Shown here piece by piece: positions 19,225 through 29,700 of a stretch of DNA of 64,000 nucleotides (within the stretch, counting starts at the first letter, position 1; the number at the start of each line of letters is the position of its first letter). The stretch lies in the sequence record PP763253.1. One strand, 5' to 3'. The notes under the pieces were generated by a model. The model was not told where the DNA came from. It ran no database searches and worked only from the letters and a program-made list of their open reading frames with translations. Made by a program: the position numbers and the translations under genes. Source of the stretch: Acinetobacter phage Ab1-TPeters.

Positions 19225-19602
19225 ATGAAATATATCCTTGGTTTACTCTTACTAATTCCATTAAGCTCTTTGGCTAAACCAGCTAAACTAACTGCAGATC
19301 AGATTGATTGTTCAGCAGTTAGAGCTATGTCTTATGAAATAATGGTTAAGCGTCAGTATTCAACTGAAACTCCTGAATCTTTGTTTAATAAAGTTAATAA
19401 ATCTGCATATCTGGATAACAAAGTTAAGTCGGCATTCGAAGTTATCATATACGATTCTTTTGACTATGACTTAGCTGAAACTAAACAAGGTAAAGATTAC
19501 AGAGTCAAAGATTTCTCTGACTTCTGGTATAGAAAATGTAATTACGGCAGATACTTTTACTCAGATCCAGTTAATAGAGTTATAAATTGGACAAAGTACT
19601 AA
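19225..19602 (+). CDS. hypothetical secreted protein
   Basis: 125 aa with signal peptide (LLLIPLSSLAKPA). Confidence 0.35.
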   Translation: MKYILGLLLLIPLSSLAKPAKLTADQIDCSAVRAMSYEIMVKRQYSTETPESLFNKVNKSAYLDNKVKSAFEVIIYDSFDYDLAETKQGKDYRVKDFSDFWYRKCNYGRYFYSDPVNRVINWTKY

Positions 19603-19634
19603 AAACACTTTAAAAGTAGGAAAAACGCTGTTTT

Positions 19635-19690
19635 CCTGTTTCTTAAACAATCTACAAGCCTGTTGAAATGTCGGGGCGGTTCGAACCGCC
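19635..19690 (+). promoter_or_regulatory. conserved bipartite intergenic element copy plus palindrome
   Basis: CCTGTTTCTTAAACAATC...AAGCCTGTTGAAATGTCGGGG then GGCGGTTCGAACCGCC palindrome. Confidence 0.45.
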
Positions 19691-19724
19691 TTATACTTTT
19701 ATAATATACACTGGAGTTTATATC

Positions 19725-20345
19725 ATGGCTACTAAAATTTCGAAAATCGTTGTTGCTTTAGAAGGTGCTGCAATTGAGGTTAACGGTCTATCTTACAAAG
19801 TAAGTCAAGGTGCTTTGTATGATGCAGATGGTGAAAAATTAACTCCACGAAAGTTAGGCACAACTTGGTCTGAAATCTTCGAAATGTCTGGAATAAATTT
19901 GGATCCTAAGAAATCTGAACTTGCTTCTTCAGAAGACATTATTGAAGAAGTAAAGAATACTAAGGTAGATGTTCCTGAGAATAAGGATGACTCTTCAAAC
20001 AATCAACAAGACAGTAAACAAGATAGTCAGAACGATCAACAGGATAACCGAGGTCGTCAACCTCGAAAAGAGATAGCTTCTGACGCTAACTTGGAATATT
20101 ACACAACTCCAGGACAGAAAGCTGCTCTAGCTCCAATTTATGAGAAGTCTGATAATAAGACAGCTCAAATGATTATGAGCTACTGGAAAGATGAGATGGA
20201 TCGTGCCACAGTTGTACGAGTTAATCGCGATCAAGTTCTTGAGCTTGATGAAGTGTTTAAGGCTGCGTTAGAAACAGGTGAACACAATATCCCATCACGT
20301 ACATTGAATTCGTTGAAAGCGAAACACGTTGCATTATCTAAATAA
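19725..20345 (+). CDS. hypothetical protein with acidic Q/D/S-rich central region
   Basis: Start moved from 19668 (inside conserved intergenic element and palindrome) to ATG 19725 with RBS GGAG. Confidence 0.35.
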   Translation: MATKISKIVVALEGAAIEVNGLSYKVSQGALYDADGEKLTPRKLGTTWSEIFEMSGINLDPKKSELASSEDIIEEVKNTKVDVPENKDDSSNNQQDSKQDSQNDQQDNRGRQPRKEIASDANLEYYTTPGQKAALAPIYEKSDNKTAQMIMSYWKDEMDRATVVRVNRDQVLELDEVFKAALETGEHNIPSRTLNSLKAKHVALSK

Positions 20346-20351
20346 GATTAC

Positions 20352-20378
20352 GGGGAGTTTAGGCTCCCCTAATTTTTG
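20352..20378 (+). terminator. rho-independent terminator
   Basis: GGGGAG-TTTAGG-CTCCCC hairpin followed by TAATTTTTG. Confidence 0.5.
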
Positions 20379-20438
20379 TACTTAGGATTTACGCTGGATA
20401 GGTCTCTGAAATAACCTGAAAAGCTGTTTTTAGTAGAG

Positions 20439-21170
20439 GTGAATAAGATGTCGTTAAACAAATATTCAGTGGTTTTCTCAGGGACTCAAGGTTCAGGTAA
20501 AACCACTTTAACAAACGCTTGGTCAAAATTAGCTGGAATTCCATATAAAGCAGTTGAGACTAGAAAGTACGTGCCTGAGGGCATTTCTTCACATAAAGAT
20601 ATTATTAATCTTTCTGTAACTAACCCTGAAGTAGCTATTAAATTCCAATCTGATTTAATTCAGAACCGATTCAAACTCTTCAGTGAGTTAATGGAATCAG
20701 ATCAAAAGTTCACTAGTGATCGTGCTGTCATTGACAGTTATGTTTATTACTTGATGCATAACTCAATGTTTGCATGTGAAGAGAACAATCTAGCAAATAA
20801 TGGATTTACTCAAGCAAGTGTTGGTCTATACGATCTAACTGTCTTAATAAATCCTAAGCCTATACATGTTGAAGACGACAGCTTCAGAATTTCAAATTTA
20901 TTCTACAACCGTGCCTATGCTGATTTACATAAGGCTACAACACTTAGAATTTATGATGCGATTTTCGGTAATGCTAAGACATTGTCTAGCTACTCTCACG
21001 AAGGTGAGTTATACAATAATCTTCGCTCTTCAATAACTATGCATGTAGCTAAAACTCAATCTGGATATAAGCGTGGATTGATTATTCTTAATGAACCAGA
21101 TGGTATGATTCCAACTGAAAAACGCTTAAACCTAATTTCTAACGCAGTAAATGCATTTGACCAAATGTAA
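20439..21170 (+). CDS. P-loop kinase (candidate nucleotide or DNA-base kinase)
   Basis: Walker A VVFSGTQGSGKTT near N-terminus; lies directly upstream of the TS-family gene. Confidence 0.5.
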   Translation: MNKMSLNKYSVVFSGTQGSGKTTLTNAWSKLAGIPYKAVETRKYVPEGISSHKDIINLSVTNPEVAIKFQSDLIQNRFKLFSELMESDQKFTSDRAVIDSYVYYLMHNSMFACEENNLANNGFTQASVGLYDLTVLINPKPIHVEDDSFRISNLFYNRAYADLHKATTLRIYDAIFGNAKTLSSYSHEGELYNNLRSSITMHVAKTQSGYKRGLIILNEPDGMIPTEKRLNLISNAVNAFDQM

Positions 21171-21179
21171 GGAAATAAA

Positions 21180-22229
21180 ATGAAATCTTTTGCAGTGCAA
21201 AGTGCCAATCAAGCATTATATGAGTTGACTCAAGAATGTAAGAATGAAGGCTTTAGTTATTCAACAGAAACTTCTCATAATTCAACACCAGTTGTTTCAC
21301 TAGGTCTAACTCACTTAGAGCTTACTAATCCACTAAATCGCTTTATTAATATTAAAGGTCGAAATACTAACATCTTTGGTATTATTGGTGAGTGCATCTG
21401 GGTTCTATCTGGTTCAGCTGAACTAGGTGATTGGATGAAAACTTTAGTTCCTCGATCACCAGATTATGCAGATAATGGTGATACATGGCGTGCAGGTTAT
21501 GGCGAACGAATCTATTACAATGGTCAGATCAACTCTGTAATTGACAGATTAAAACGAGATAATAAAACTCGTCAAGCAGTTCTCTCAATTTATGACCCTA
21601 GCCGTGACACAGATGCTGGAATTAGTGCGGAAATCGGTTCTATTAATACCAAAGATCACGTTTGTAATATGTCAATGGCGTTTAAGATTCGTGATGGCAA
21701 GCTAAACATGACTCTGTTCAACCGCAGTAATGATATCTACTGGGGTTTGTTAAATGTTAACGTTCCAGAATTCACTCTTATTCAAGAGATCATTGCTGCT
21801 TACGTTGGTGTTGAAGTCGGTTCATATAATATTATCTCAGATGATTGTCATATGTATCAAATGCCAGTCATCATGAAACAAGCAGAAGCTGTAATTGAAA
21901 ATTATAACTGGATTGATTCGACAGGTCATGACGATCGTAAGTTGGAATTAAGCCCTAAGATTAATAATATTAATCTTTTGAGAAAGTTCTGTGAGCGAAT
22001 TATCTTTGAATCTGAGATTACTAACGAGAATTCAATTGAGGATTATGATCGTCGAATTCTTTCTATTATTGAAGAGTTTAAAGTTACTGGCAAATTAGCA
22101 GATTACGTTAAAATGGCTTGTTACTATTATGCTTCAACTCTAGGTGTAATTTACCCACGCCTTCGTGATTTAGAATCGTCTTATCTGGAAGAGTTAATCG
22201 ATAACTCTTACTTCAATCCCACGAAGTAA
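21180..22229 (+). CDS. thymidylate synthase family enzyme (dNMP hydroxymethylase/methylase-like) with ~90 aa C-terminal extension
   Basis: 349 aa; nucleophile region DHVCNMSMAFKI aligns with TS PCH...QFYV block; NRSNDIYWGLLNVNVPEFTLIQEIIAAYVG aligns with TS QRSxDxxLGxPFNIASYALL block. Confidence 0.65.
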   Translation: MKSFAVQSANQALYELTQECKNEGFSYSTETSHNSTPVVSLGLTHLELTNPLNRFINIKGRNTNIFGIIGECIWVLSGSAELGDWMKTLVPRSPDYADNGDTWRAGYGERIYYNGQINSVIDRLKRDNKTRQAVLSIYDPSRDTDAGISAEIGSINTKDHVCNMSMAFKIRDGKLNMTLFNRSNDIYWGLLNVNVPEFTLIQEIIAAYVGVEVGSYNIISDDCHMYQMPVIMKQAEAVIENYNWIDSTGHDDRKLELSPKINNINLLRKFCERIIFESEITNENSIEDYDRRILSIIEEFKVTGKLADYVKMACYYYASTLGVIYPRLRDLESSYLEELIDNSYFNPTK

Positions 22230-22237
22230 GATCCGTC

Positions 22238-22270
22238 AGCTCTTGATTCCGGTCAAGAGCTTTTTATTTT
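22238..22270 (+). terminator. rho-independent terminator
   Basis: AGCTCTTGA-TTCCGG-TCAAGAGCT hairpin followed by TTTTTATTTT. Confidence 0.5.
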
Positions 22271-22296
22271 GTAATAAACAACGTAAGAGAAATGTA

Positions 22297-22980
22297 ATGA
22301 ACCCAACCAAATTAGTTTCAAAGATTCTCTCCGTATTCCGTTTCGCTGGAATACCTATTATTGGCGATCGTTTAAACATTGCTGAGCATTCATATGAAGT
22401 TAGTTTATATGCAACTAAACTAGCTCGTCAACTTCTTAAAGATGGTCACATTGATGGAGCGAAAGCCCATCTTATTGTTGAACATGCTGTCCTACATGAC
22501 ATACCTGAAACGATGACTGGAGATATTCCTTACCCAGTTAAATCTCAATATCCACAGTTAAAAGAAATTTTAGATAAAATCGAGGAAGATATTACCTTTT
22601 CTGAGTTGTCAATCTTTCCTATTCATTATGACACTGACGTTTTATTCATTGTTAAACTATGTGATCTTTTAGCGGTATTCCGTGAAATGTCTGCTGAATT
22701 AGATTTAGGAAATTATGAATTGAATGAGGGTTATGTTAAATCTAACTGTCTAAAAATTTTAGAAACAGCTATTAATAAATATAAGCTAGACACTCCAGCT
22801 AAAGTAGCTGCAATGCAAGAGATCGCTTTTGACTTTATGTCACTTAAGAGTAAAAATGAGTTGAAAGGAATCTTAGTTTCAGCTATTCTCTGTCAGTTAG
22901 AATTTAATGGTGTAGATAAAGATGAATATCGAGAGCTTGATCAAAGATTTACAGAAGAGTGTAAAGCCTCAGTCTCTTAA
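22297..22980 (+). CDS. HD-domain 5'-deoxynucleotidase (YfbR-like)
   Basis: Start moved from 22243 (inside terminator); H..EVSLYATKLA and LHDIPETMTGDIPYPVK match the YfbR HD...D metal-binding blocks (YfbR: YHDASEVLTGDLPTPVK). Confidence 0.55.
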   Translation: MNPTKLVSKILSVFRFAGIPIIGDRLNIAEHSYEVSLYATKLARQLLKDGHIDGAKAHLIVEHAVLHDIPETMTGDIPYPVKSQYPQLKEILDKIEEDITFSELSIFPIHYDTDVLFIVKLCDLLAVFREMSAELDLGNYELNEGYVKSNCLKILETAINKYKLDTPAKVAAMQEIAFDFMSLKSKNELKGILVSAILCQLEFNGVDKDEYRELDQRFTEECKASVS

Positions 22981-23926
22981 TGCACGTGTATTTAATGGCC
23001 GAGCTAAAGAGTTTGATCCAGCTGAACATGAAGTACTTGGAGAATCAACTGATCATTATCACTATAACTGTCCTTTCTGTTTAGAAGAAAGAGGTAAGGA
23101 AGATGATGATGGTAAGTTCTATTGGAACTTCCAAAAATTTGTAGGTTGGTGTTTTAAGTGCAAAACTATCGGATTCCTCAAGACAGATAAACCAATTGAG
23201 CAAGTTAAGATTGATATGATGCTACAGTCATTTATATCGAATGCTTCAAGAATTGAGTATGAGCTAATGAGAGAAATCTTTAACTCATCAATTAGCTTTA
23301 ACTGTCTTGATTTTTCATCTAAGTTGTCTGAAAGAGCTTTAAACTATCTAGATGAACGTATTCCGTTTTACTCAGAAGTAGCAGAAGCTCTAGGATTTAC
23401 TGAAGTAAGTGAAACTGGGGTTTTAATTCCAACTTACATTAGAGGTCAATGTAAATCATATAACATTCGACTTTATAATCCTACAGGTAAAATGAAGTAT
23501 TACCTAGCTAAGAATGTTGAGAAGTATCCGTATTCACCAACTCGTGTATTTGATAAGGCTGGATCAGTTGGCCAAATCACATTAGTAGAGGGAGCATTTG
23601 ATGCTTTGGGAGCCTACTTCGATGGTTATTCAAACCCAATTGCATTGAATGGCTTATCTATAACTCCTATGATTGCCTTTCTACTAAAAACAATTATCCC
23701 AGAGTCAGTGGTAATTTATCTGGATGATGAAGAAAAATCTCAGAAGATTAAGCGAGATATTCGTAGAATATTTCCAACTGTGTCTAGTATAAGGGTTCGG
23801 AAAACATGGGGTCAAGATCCTGAAGAAGTATTTAAGTACAAATTAGGAAGAGCTTCTCCAGAGTATCTACTAGGTGTTTTAGAAAGAATTAATAAACTAA
23901 AGGAACTTAATAATGAATCCACGTGA
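22922..23926 (+). CDS. DNA primase (zinc-ribbon + TOPRIM)
   Basis: CPFC...CFKC zinc ribbon; TOPRIM-like LVEGAFDALGA and YLDDEE acidic motif; sits between nucleotidase and helicase genes. Confidence 0.5.
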   Translation: MNIESLIKDLQKSVKPQSLNARVFNGRAKEFDPAEHEVLGESTDHYHYNCPFCLEERGKEDDDGKFYWNFQKFVGWCFKCKTIGFLKTDKPIEQVKIDMMLQSFISNASRIEYELMREIFNSSISFNCLDFSSKLSERALNYLDERIPFYSEVAEALGFTEVSETGVLIPTYIRGQCKSYNIRLYNPTGKMKYYLAKNVEKYPYSPTRVFDKAGSVGQITLVEGAFDALGAYFDGYSNPIALNGLSITPMIAFLLKTIIPESVVIYLDDEEKSQKIKRDIRRIFPTVSSIRVRKTWGQDPEEVFKYKLGRASPEYLLGVLERINKLKELNNEST

Positions 23927-24644
23927 GGCCATGCTGACCTCGATCTTCAACTTTCCTGAGGAGTTTCGAGTAACTTCGAACCCTCGACCTAGAAAGGGGT
24001 TGTTCATTGGTAGTATCAATAAATGTGCACGTTATCTTCTAATTGCAATGAAAGTACCTAAGCAGTTAAATGGTATTAATGTAGTTTACTTAGAAAACGT
24101 TCAGATGTCTTCTAACGCTGATTATATCGTTAGCATGGGCAATGAGATTGAGAATGTCATGAGACGACATTTGAAATATCGTAAAGTGCCAATCCATGCA
24201 GATCAAATGCAGATAACTGAACTGGACGGTAAGATCAGAGGATTCCTTGACTTCGGTGTTGAAGTTGAAGGAATTGGTATGATTATTATTGATGCCAAGG
24301 GAATGAGTGAATCTGTATTTGCTCGATTCACTGCTGCAGCAACTTTGCTGGATTTCAAAGAAGATTACTTCTATCAGGTTCTTCATTACATCAATTCAGT
24401 TAAGCTAGAATATGGCTATATTGTTGGTGTTAATAGATCAACTGGGCAAGTTGCGGTTAAGGAAGTTTCTCGAGCTAAATACCAAGACTTATATAATAAG
24501 TCAATGGAACGTAGCAAGAAAATAATTGTTACTCCTATTGAAGAGTATCATACTCTTGAAGCTGCACCAGATAATGAATGTACTCAATGTGAATTCGTAT
24601 CTGCGTGCCGCCCAGAATTTTACGCCAGTTTAGGTGTAAATTGA
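23913..24644 (+). CDS. PD-(D/E)XK nuclease, Cas4-like with Fe-S cysteines
   Basis: D...E..IIDAKG core; one N-terminal Cys plus C-terminal CTQCEFVSAC cluster as in Cas4/RecB-family exonucleases. Confidence 0.5.
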   Translation: MNPREAMLTSIFNFPEEFRVTSNPRPRKGLFIGSINKCARYLLIAMKVPKQLNGINVVYLENVQMSSNADYIVSMGNEIENVMRRHLKYRKVPIHADQMQITELDGKIRGFLDFGVEVEGIGMIIIDAKGMSESVFARFTAAATLLDFKEDYFYQVLHYINSVKLEYGYIVGVNRSTGQVAVKEVSRAKYQDLYNKSMERSKKIIVTPIEEYHTLEAAPDNECTQCEFVSACRPEFYASLGVN

Positions 24645-24689
24645 GATCAACAGCTGTTTAATTTGAAAGCGTAATATTAAGGTAAAATT

Positions 24690-26375
24690 ATGATTCCTGT
24701 GAGTGAATTGCTAGACGAAGTGGTTTCTACTTATTGTCCTGACTTTGTCTTCCGTCCAAATCAACGTGAATGTGTTATTGCAATTCTAGATAACTTCATT
24801 AATAAAGGTCAGAAATTTGTTTTACTTAATTCTGACACTGGTACTGGTAAATCTTGGATTGCTTGGTTAGTTGGTATGTGTGTAAACACATTTGAACGAA
24901 TTAACTCAGCAACTGAGGAGGAAGCTAAGGAAGTAAACAGTTTGTATCTTACTAAGACAATCAGTCTTCAGCATCAGTATCACCATGACTTTAAGAATAT
25001 GAAGTTGCTTAAGTCAGCTTCAAATTACTCGTGTCATACAACTGAATCTTTGCCGATTAATCCTAAACTCAAAGTTCATGAAAGTTGTATGTTTACAAGA
25101 GACTCTGGTCAATGTTTATATTCTCGAGCTAAAAGTGACTTTAATCGTTCAGATATGAGACTTCTCAATTATGCTTATTTCCTAGCTTTCCAGCGTAATT
25201 CAATTAGTCCTATGTCAAGTACACTGCTGGTAGTGGATGAAGCACACACTCTTCCGTCTTACTTAATCGATTTTAGTTCAATTGAACTAAACTTTGATAT
25301 TCTGTCAAAACATGCTGCAATGACTAAAGATGTCAAAGATTATTTCCCTCTTGGACATTTTCACCGTAGCGATTTTCTTCAAACAGAAGACTTGAAGAAA
25401 ATTCTGGATTACTGTTTTGATGCTTCATCTGATTTAGATGAGAGAATCATGTCAGTTATGGATGAGATGGAAGGAGCTTCTGGTCATTCAGTAGCTGAGT
25501 TGATTGAAAGATCTCTTAAACCTTTAAATGCAGCTTCAAACTATTTCACTGATCTTGGTGGTAAACTTTACCTTATGCTAAACTCAACTAACCCTGATAA
25601 CTGGGTTCAAGAGAAATGTACAGTAGAGCTCCAGACTAAGACTAATGAAATCTTTGAATTTAAATCGCTTGAAGTTGATTCTACCATGCTTAACATTATT
25701 CATGAGAACTCAAAATATGTTCTTTTGATGTCAGGTACTTGTGGTCGTTTAATCAAAGACTTAAATATCGGTGAAGATAACGTAGCTGTCATGTCTAGTC
25801 CTTATGTATTCCCAATTGAGAATCGTCCATTCATCTCGATGTCTGACTTGCCTCCATTGAACTATAGCACTCGAGATACAGTTATTCCAAACTACTTGAA
25901 GCGTATTGATGAACTTCTGGACATGATGCCAGATGACTCAGGCTTAATTCACTCAGTAAGCTACACGAATGCCAACTATATAAAAGAGAATAGCCGACAT
26001 AAGAATCGAATTTACATTCCTAATAAGGAAGAACTTCGAGATATTAAGTCAGTTGTTCAGAAAGGACGAGTTCTTATCTCTCCAGCTATGATTGAAGGTA
26101 TTGACCTTAAAGGCGATGCTGCTAACTTCCAAATCTTCATTAAAGTTCCATATCCTTCACTTGGGTCTAAATGGATGAAGAAGAAAGTTAAAATGGATCA
26201 AGACTGGTACAATTTTGAAACTTTAGTCTCAATTCAACAAGGATCAGGTCGTGCTATTCGTTGTGCTGAAGACGTTGCAGTAACGTTTATGCTAGATCCA
26301 GCTTTCCGTTCACTTTACCAGAAAACCAAACAGTATATCCCTAGTTGGTTTGATAAAACTATTGTATGGAATTAA
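24690..26375 (+). CDS. SF2 DEAH-box DNA helicase (DinG/Rad3-like)
   Basis: Walker A NSDTGTGKSW; DEAH box VVDEAH; motif VI QGSGRAIR. Confidence 0.65.
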   Translation: MIPVSELLDEVVSTYCPDFVFRPNQRECVIAILDNFINKGQKFVLLNSDTGTGKSWIAWLVGMCVNTFERINSATEEEAKEVNSLYLTKTISLQHQYHHDFKNMKLLKSASNYSCHTTESLPINPKLKVHESCMFTRDSGQCLYSRAKSDFNRSDMRLLNYAYFLAFQRNSISPMSSTLLVVDEAHTLPSYLIDFSSIELNFDILSKHAAMTKDVKDYFPLGHFHRSDFLQTEDLKKILDYCFDASSDLDERIMSVMDEMEGASGHSVAELIERSLKPLNAASNYFTDLGGKLYLMLNSTNPDNWVQEKCTVELQTKTNEIFEFKSLEVDSTMLNIIHENSKYVLLMSGTCGRLIKDLNIGEDNVAVMSSPYVFPIENRPFISMSDLPPLNYSTRDTVIPNYLKRIDELLDMMPDDSGLIHSVSYTNANYIKENSRHKNRIYIPNKEELRDIKSVVQKGRVLISPAMIEGIDLKGDAANFQIFIKVPYPSLGSKWMKKKVKMDQDWYNFETLVSIQQGSGRAIRCAEDVAVTFMLDPAFRSLYQKTKQYIPSWFDKTIVWN

Positions 26376-26742
26376 AATGATTCATCATAACTTAACGATT
26401 CTTGAGGGAGCGATTATTAAAGTAGAGCAGTGTTTTAGTAACACTGTCTCTCTTTCTCAAGAAAACAAATCAAATCCTATCTTACGTAAGATTAACCTTA
26501 ATAGAAATGGATTTATTCTAACTCCTAAAACTACAGTGCATATTCAAGTTGGATTTGATTATGACTACTGTGCTTACCATTTAAATGATGTGAAGCCATC
26601 TAAAGCAGTTCGTGAAAGTAATTTAATTTTAAATAATTTTTACGTAGATGAAGGAAAGACGTTTGTAACTGTAACTAATATGAATTCTTCTAATTCTGTG
26701 AGACTAGAACCTGGTGAGGTTTTAGGCTCTATAATGATGTAA
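26350..26742 (+). CDS. hypothetical protein (possible dUTPase-like fold; start probably ATG 26377)
   Basis: C-terminal VRLEPGEVLGSIMM loosely resembles a dUTPase C-terminal motif; weak. Confidence 0.25.
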   Translation: MIKLLYGIKMIHHNLTILEGAIIKVEQCFSNTVSLSQENKSNPILRKINLNRNGFILTPKTTVHIQVGFDYDYCAYHLNDVKPSKAVRESNLILNNFYVDEGKTFVTVTNMNSSNSVRLEPGEVLGSIMM

Positions 26743-26778
26743 AAAGCTGTTTAATAAAAGAAGTGTAAGGAAAACGTA

Positions 26779-29700
26779 ATGACCAAATTTTTGACTGACT
26801 TGACTTTACAAGATCAGGCTGTTTTTATTCTGTTATCTCAAACCAACAACTCAAGAGCATTTGAGAATGGTTATGCTGCTGACTTCTTAAATTTTGTTAC
26901 TATTAACTCTCCTCATCGAATTGGTTATGTTGAAATTACCAATGAAAATGAAGAGCATGTTCTTAATCAAGAAGAAATTTCTAAGTTGAAAGATTTAGTT
27001 GGAAACCGTAAGGTTATTCTTTTAGGTAAGAACACAGTAAAAGCAATTGCTGGTGAGTTGATTAACAACCGAGTTCGTTATTTATCTTTGTTGGATATGT
27101 CATACTTGACTTGTGCTAACTTAGGTAAAGTAGCGATTTGTGGTCACCCAATGTCTTACAAAGACGTCTTTAAAGGAAATGTTGATGCTCAACAGAAACT
27201 TATTCTACGTGTTGATGAGTTAATTCAGCCACGTGCTAAAGAATATGAAGTTGAAATTGTAGCTCCCTCACTGGACGATCTTGAAGACATCTTAAATCTA
27301 TGTGCCAATCAACCAGCCATTGGTTACGACATTGAAGCAAACGATTTAGATATTTGGGCAGCTCACTGGGAAAAGAACTTATTTAGTCTGTCAGTGTTCG
27401 AATCAGAATCTAAACTTATGTCATTCTGGTTTAACTGGCGTGAATTTACTTCGGATCATAAGAGATTATTTGAAAATTTCTTAGATAAGAATCAGTCTAA
27501 AATTTGGACTTACAACTGTACATATGAAATCCAAGCAGCTTGGAGAGTCTTCGGTAAACGTTACTTATTTCAAGATGCTTTGATCTTAACTACTATGGAT
27601 GCTAACCGTGGTGATCTTAAGACTAACGCTCGTAAGTATTTGAAATGTGATTTCTGGGAAGATGAGCTAGCGAGTATTCGTGATGTTTATGAAGCCTTTT
27701 TCAAATTATTCTTAGATAAAGGTAAAAAGAATTCAATACATGATGAGTTCAAAGCTTTTGTTAAATCAGATCAATTCCAGAATTTAGATAATCTTCGTGA
27801 GTTTCTGATTTCTAAGGGTAGAAAACCAGAATGGATGAATGATATTAATGATTTAGCAGTTGCTTTAGGTGAAGATGAAGTAGTCAAAGGTATCTCTGAA
27901 TTTCCATATCAGTGGTCAGCAGTTCCATTCGACATTTTAGGTAAATACTGTTGTTACGATTCAGCTTACACTCTGCCAATTGCAGCTAAACTGTACGGTA
28001 AGTATGAGAAAGGATATAAACATTACATCAAACACCCTTGGTTAGCTTGTATCTTTGAAGCATGGGGATGTGGTTGGGATGAATCTAAAGCTAAGGAAGT
28101 TGAGAAAGATTATTTACGTTTGATGAATGAATCTCTAAGTGAATTGATCTTAAATCTTCAACCTAAGTTAGGTCTTCGAGCTCTAGATGTTAAACCGATT
28201 CTTCAGTGGAAATTACCACATGAGGCTACTTCATACACAGCTACAGGTAAAGAACGTAAACATAAGGTGTTGTCTGAGTACGATCGTCATGGTTGGATTA
28301 AAGGTATTTACAATCCTGGTTCAAACACGGCTGATGCTCGAGCTGTATTCTGGGATGTTTACTTAACAGAACGAGTTGAGTTAGCAACATTTGCATATAC
28401 TCTTGTCAATGATCTTCGATTCAGAGGAATCTGGGAGAAGTTACTGATTAAGATGATTGAAATGACAGAGTTCAAGTCTAAAGATGAAAGTAAGACTGAG
28501 AACGAATTCTTAACTGAATATGGTGCAGCTCAAGTTCTTGAAATGTTGTCAGTATTCTTAGAAAATCCAAATTTAACTGATCGTGAGACAGTTAAGATCT
28601 TGGCTTCTAGTTTCACTGAGACGAATAAGACCTATAAAGACAATACTGGACGTAACGCTAAAGAAGTAATGGCAGCTCAGTATGAGATTCAATGTCAATT
28701 CTTTGGTGTTGACATTGATGATGAATCTACTTGGACTCCTGAATTCAAGATTCTATTCTTACTTCAGAAATATAAGAAAGTAGCGAAAGCTCTGTCTACT
28801 TATGTTAATGGTAAGTTAGGTCGAGGATGTGTATGGTTGTCTAAAGTATTTCCAGATCGTCCTCCAGTTCGATTGAAACCTTATCATGAGGTTGAGGAAG
28901 GATATAAACTTAAACTTGATGAGAAGTTAATTGCATTCTATGACTTTAATAGTTTGTCTGCATCAACTCACCGTTGGGGATCTGGATTCCATACTATTAG
29001 CCCAGGTGTAGCTATCCGCAGTGCTTTAGTTCCGTACTACAGCAATCAGATCTGGACTCATATTGACTTTAGTCAGGCTGAGTTGGTGATGTTGGCATTC
29101 TTCAGTCAAGACCCTAACATGATTAAAGTATTCATGGAAGGTGGAGATATGCACAGATATGTAGCTAGTCTAGTGTATCAGAAGAAGCCTGAGGATGTTA
29201 CTTCAGAAGAACGTCGTGTAGCTAAGACAGTATCATTTGGTATTGTTTACGGTAAGGGTATTGAGAACTTAGCTCTAGAAATCACTGGAGGTGATGTTCC
29301 TCGTGCTCAAGCAATTTTCGATGCTTTCTTCGTGTCATTCCCTGGAATCAAGAAATGGATGGATGAGCGTAAGACTCAAGGTCGTGAAACAGGTAAGGTG
29401 ACTAATCTGTTTGGTGCATTGATTGAGGTGGAAGATGGCTTCAGTAAAGGTAACGCTATTGATCGTCACTCAGTAAACTACCCAATCCAGTCTTCATCTT
29501 CAATGGTTGCTGGTGGTTCAATGTACGACTTGTGTTCTACAGTTGACCAACAAGGAATCTTTGGAACTGGAGTTGGATTCGTGCACGATGCATTAGATCA
29601 TACAGTTGATATCGACAATCTGGTTAACTTCTTAGTTTATTCTAAGAAAGTGATGCAGGATCAAGTTTATGAAGAACTTGGTACTCCGATGAAGATTGAC

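Noticed and set aside
19668-19724. ORF-track start at 19668 and 33063 for two genes
   Set aside because: Both putative starts sit inside copies of the conserved intergenic element (ATGTCGGGG is part of the motif). Downstream in-frame ATGs with AGGAG-type RBS are at 19725 and 33123.
22243-22296. ORF-track start at 22243 for the HD-domain gene
   Set aside because: It overlaps a strong terminator hairpin (22238-22270). The ATG at 22297 gives an N-terminus matching YfbR-like proteins.
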